Shown: in pieces, positions 35,661 to 36,679 of the stretch
Position numbering within the stretch: position 1 is the stretch's first letter
How the letters are laid out: each line of letters opens with the position of its first letter
Origin: a virus
Lineage: Duplodnaviria > Heunggongvirae > Uroviricota > Caudoviricetes
Strand: one strand, 5' to 3'
IMG/VR virus record: IMGVR_UViG_2579778919_000010
DNA length: 36,679 bases
The notes under the pieces: model-generated
Told to the model about the DNA's origin: nothing
Seen by the model: only the letters and a program-made list of their open reading frames with translations
Databases searched by the model: none
Made by a program: the position numbers and the translations under genes

Positions 35661-36679
35661 AAAAGCTAGGGGATTTACCTGATGTCACTTTTGAAGAGGC
35701 CTGCCTAAGATGGCTTGAGGAAAAAGCTGATAAAAAATCTCTCGATTCAGATAAAAGCCGGATTGAGTTCTGGCTTGAACATTTTGAGGGTATAAGGCTT
35801 AAAGATATCTCGGAGGCAAAGATTTACTCTGCTGTAAGCAGAATGCATAACAGAAAGACGAAAGAAATATGGAAACAGAAAGTTCAGGCCGCCATCAGGA
35901 AAGGTAAAGAACTGCCTGTTTATGAACCAAAGCCAGTATCAACTCAGACAAAGGCAAAGCATCTTGCCATGATAAAGGCCATTCTCCGTGCTGCAGAACG
36001 CGACTGGAAGTGGCTGGAAAAAGCGCCTGTCATCAAGATACCAGCGGTCAGAAACAAGCGAGTCAGATGGCTGGAAAAGGAGGAAGCAAAACGCCTTATT
36101 GATGAGTGCCCCGAACCACTGAAATCTGTCGTCAAGTTTGCGCTGGCAACTGGTCTGAGAAAGTCGAACATCATAAATCTGGAATGGCAACAAATCGACA
36201 TGCAGCGACGAGTTGCCTGGGTGAATCCAGAAGAGAGCAAATCAAACCGCGCCATTGGTGTGGCGCTGAACGATACCGCCTGTAAAGTGTTGCGTGATCA
36301 AATAGGCAAGCATCACAAATGGGTGTTTGTACATACCAAGGCGGCTAAGCGAGCAGATGGAACATCAACGCCTGCGGTCAGGAAGATGCGCATCGACAGC
36401 AAGACATCATGGCTATCAGCTTGTCGTCGTGCAGGAATTGAAGATTTCCGTTTCCATGACCTCAGACACACCTGGGCAAGCTGGCTGATTCAGTCAGGCG
36501 TCCCATTATCAGTGCTTCAGGAAATGGGCGGATGGGAGTCCATAGAAATGGTTCGTAGGTATGCTCACCTTGCGCCTAATCATTTGACAGAGCATGCGAG
36601 GAAAATAGACGACATTTTTGGTGATAATGTCCCAAATATGTCCCACTCTGGAATTATGGAGGATATAAAGAAGGCGTAA
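35516..36679 (+). CDS. int: Tyrosine integrase (phage lambda-family; resembles the DLP12 IntD lineage as recalled)
   Basis: 387 aa; catalytic motifs ...[41 protein letters not shown]...; window ends at its stop codon. Confidence 0.9.
   Translation: MSLFRRNEIWYASYSLPGGKRIKESLGTKDKRQAQELHDKRKAELWRVEKLGDLPDVTFEEACLRWLEEKADKKSLDSDKSRIEFWLEHFEGIRLKDISEAKIYSAVSRMHNRKTKEIWKQKVQAAIRKGKELPVYEPKPVSTQTKAKHLAMIKAILRAAERDWKWLEKAPVIKIPAVRNKRVRWLEKEEAKRLIDECPEPLKSVVKFALATGLRKSNIINLEWQQIDMQRRVAWVNPEESKSNRAIGVALNDTACKVLRDQIGKHHKWVFVHTKAAKRADGTSTPAVRKMRIDSKTSWLSACRRAGIEDFRFHDLRHTWASWLIQSGVPLSVLQEMGGWESIEMVRRYAHLAPNHLTEHARKIDDIFGDNVPNMSHSGIMEDIKKA

Noticed and set aside
1-36679. CRISPR arrays, tRNA or rRNA genes
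   Set aside because: No regularly spaced short direct repeats and no cloverleaf-like or rRNA-like sequence were seen by eye; this was not an exhaustive computational scan.

Overview
This window is almost entirely a Mu-like transposable prophage (about 32.9 kb, inferred span 174..33064) lying reversed relative to the usual Mu map, so nearly all its genes are on the minus strand. Read right to left the order is: repressor c (plus strand), operators, ner, transposase A, B, a semi-essential early region including gam and gemA, mor, a lysis cluster with a GH108 endolysin, terminase, portal, F, protease/scaffold I, major capsid T, neck proteins, sheath, tube, chaperone, tape measure, N, baseplate genes, tail fibre S, fibre assembly U, a Gin/Pin-family invertase. 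The prophage appears to have transposed into a gene of a second integrated element whose integrase-proximal genes (Dam-type methyltransferase, TraR-like zinc finger, xis, int) fill 33070..36679. The strongest observations are: (1) a 5-bp direct repeat CTGGG flanking TG...CA termini, with the two flanking ORF pieces joining in frame to rebuild a prePAAR-type motif AARxxDxxxH across the junction; (2) a roughly 2.4-kb invertible segment bounded by inverted gix/hix-like sites, whose alternate arm carries a tyrosine-recombinase catalytic-domain remnant and a dinI-like gene behind two LexA boxes instead of a second fibre; (3) an AT-rich membrane-protein moron with its own terminator sitting where Mu carries the late activator C, for which I find no homologue. 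No rRNA, tRNA or CRISPR array was seen. All calls come from reading the sequence and ORF translations by eye; no database search or computation was run, and family names rest on recalled motifs.
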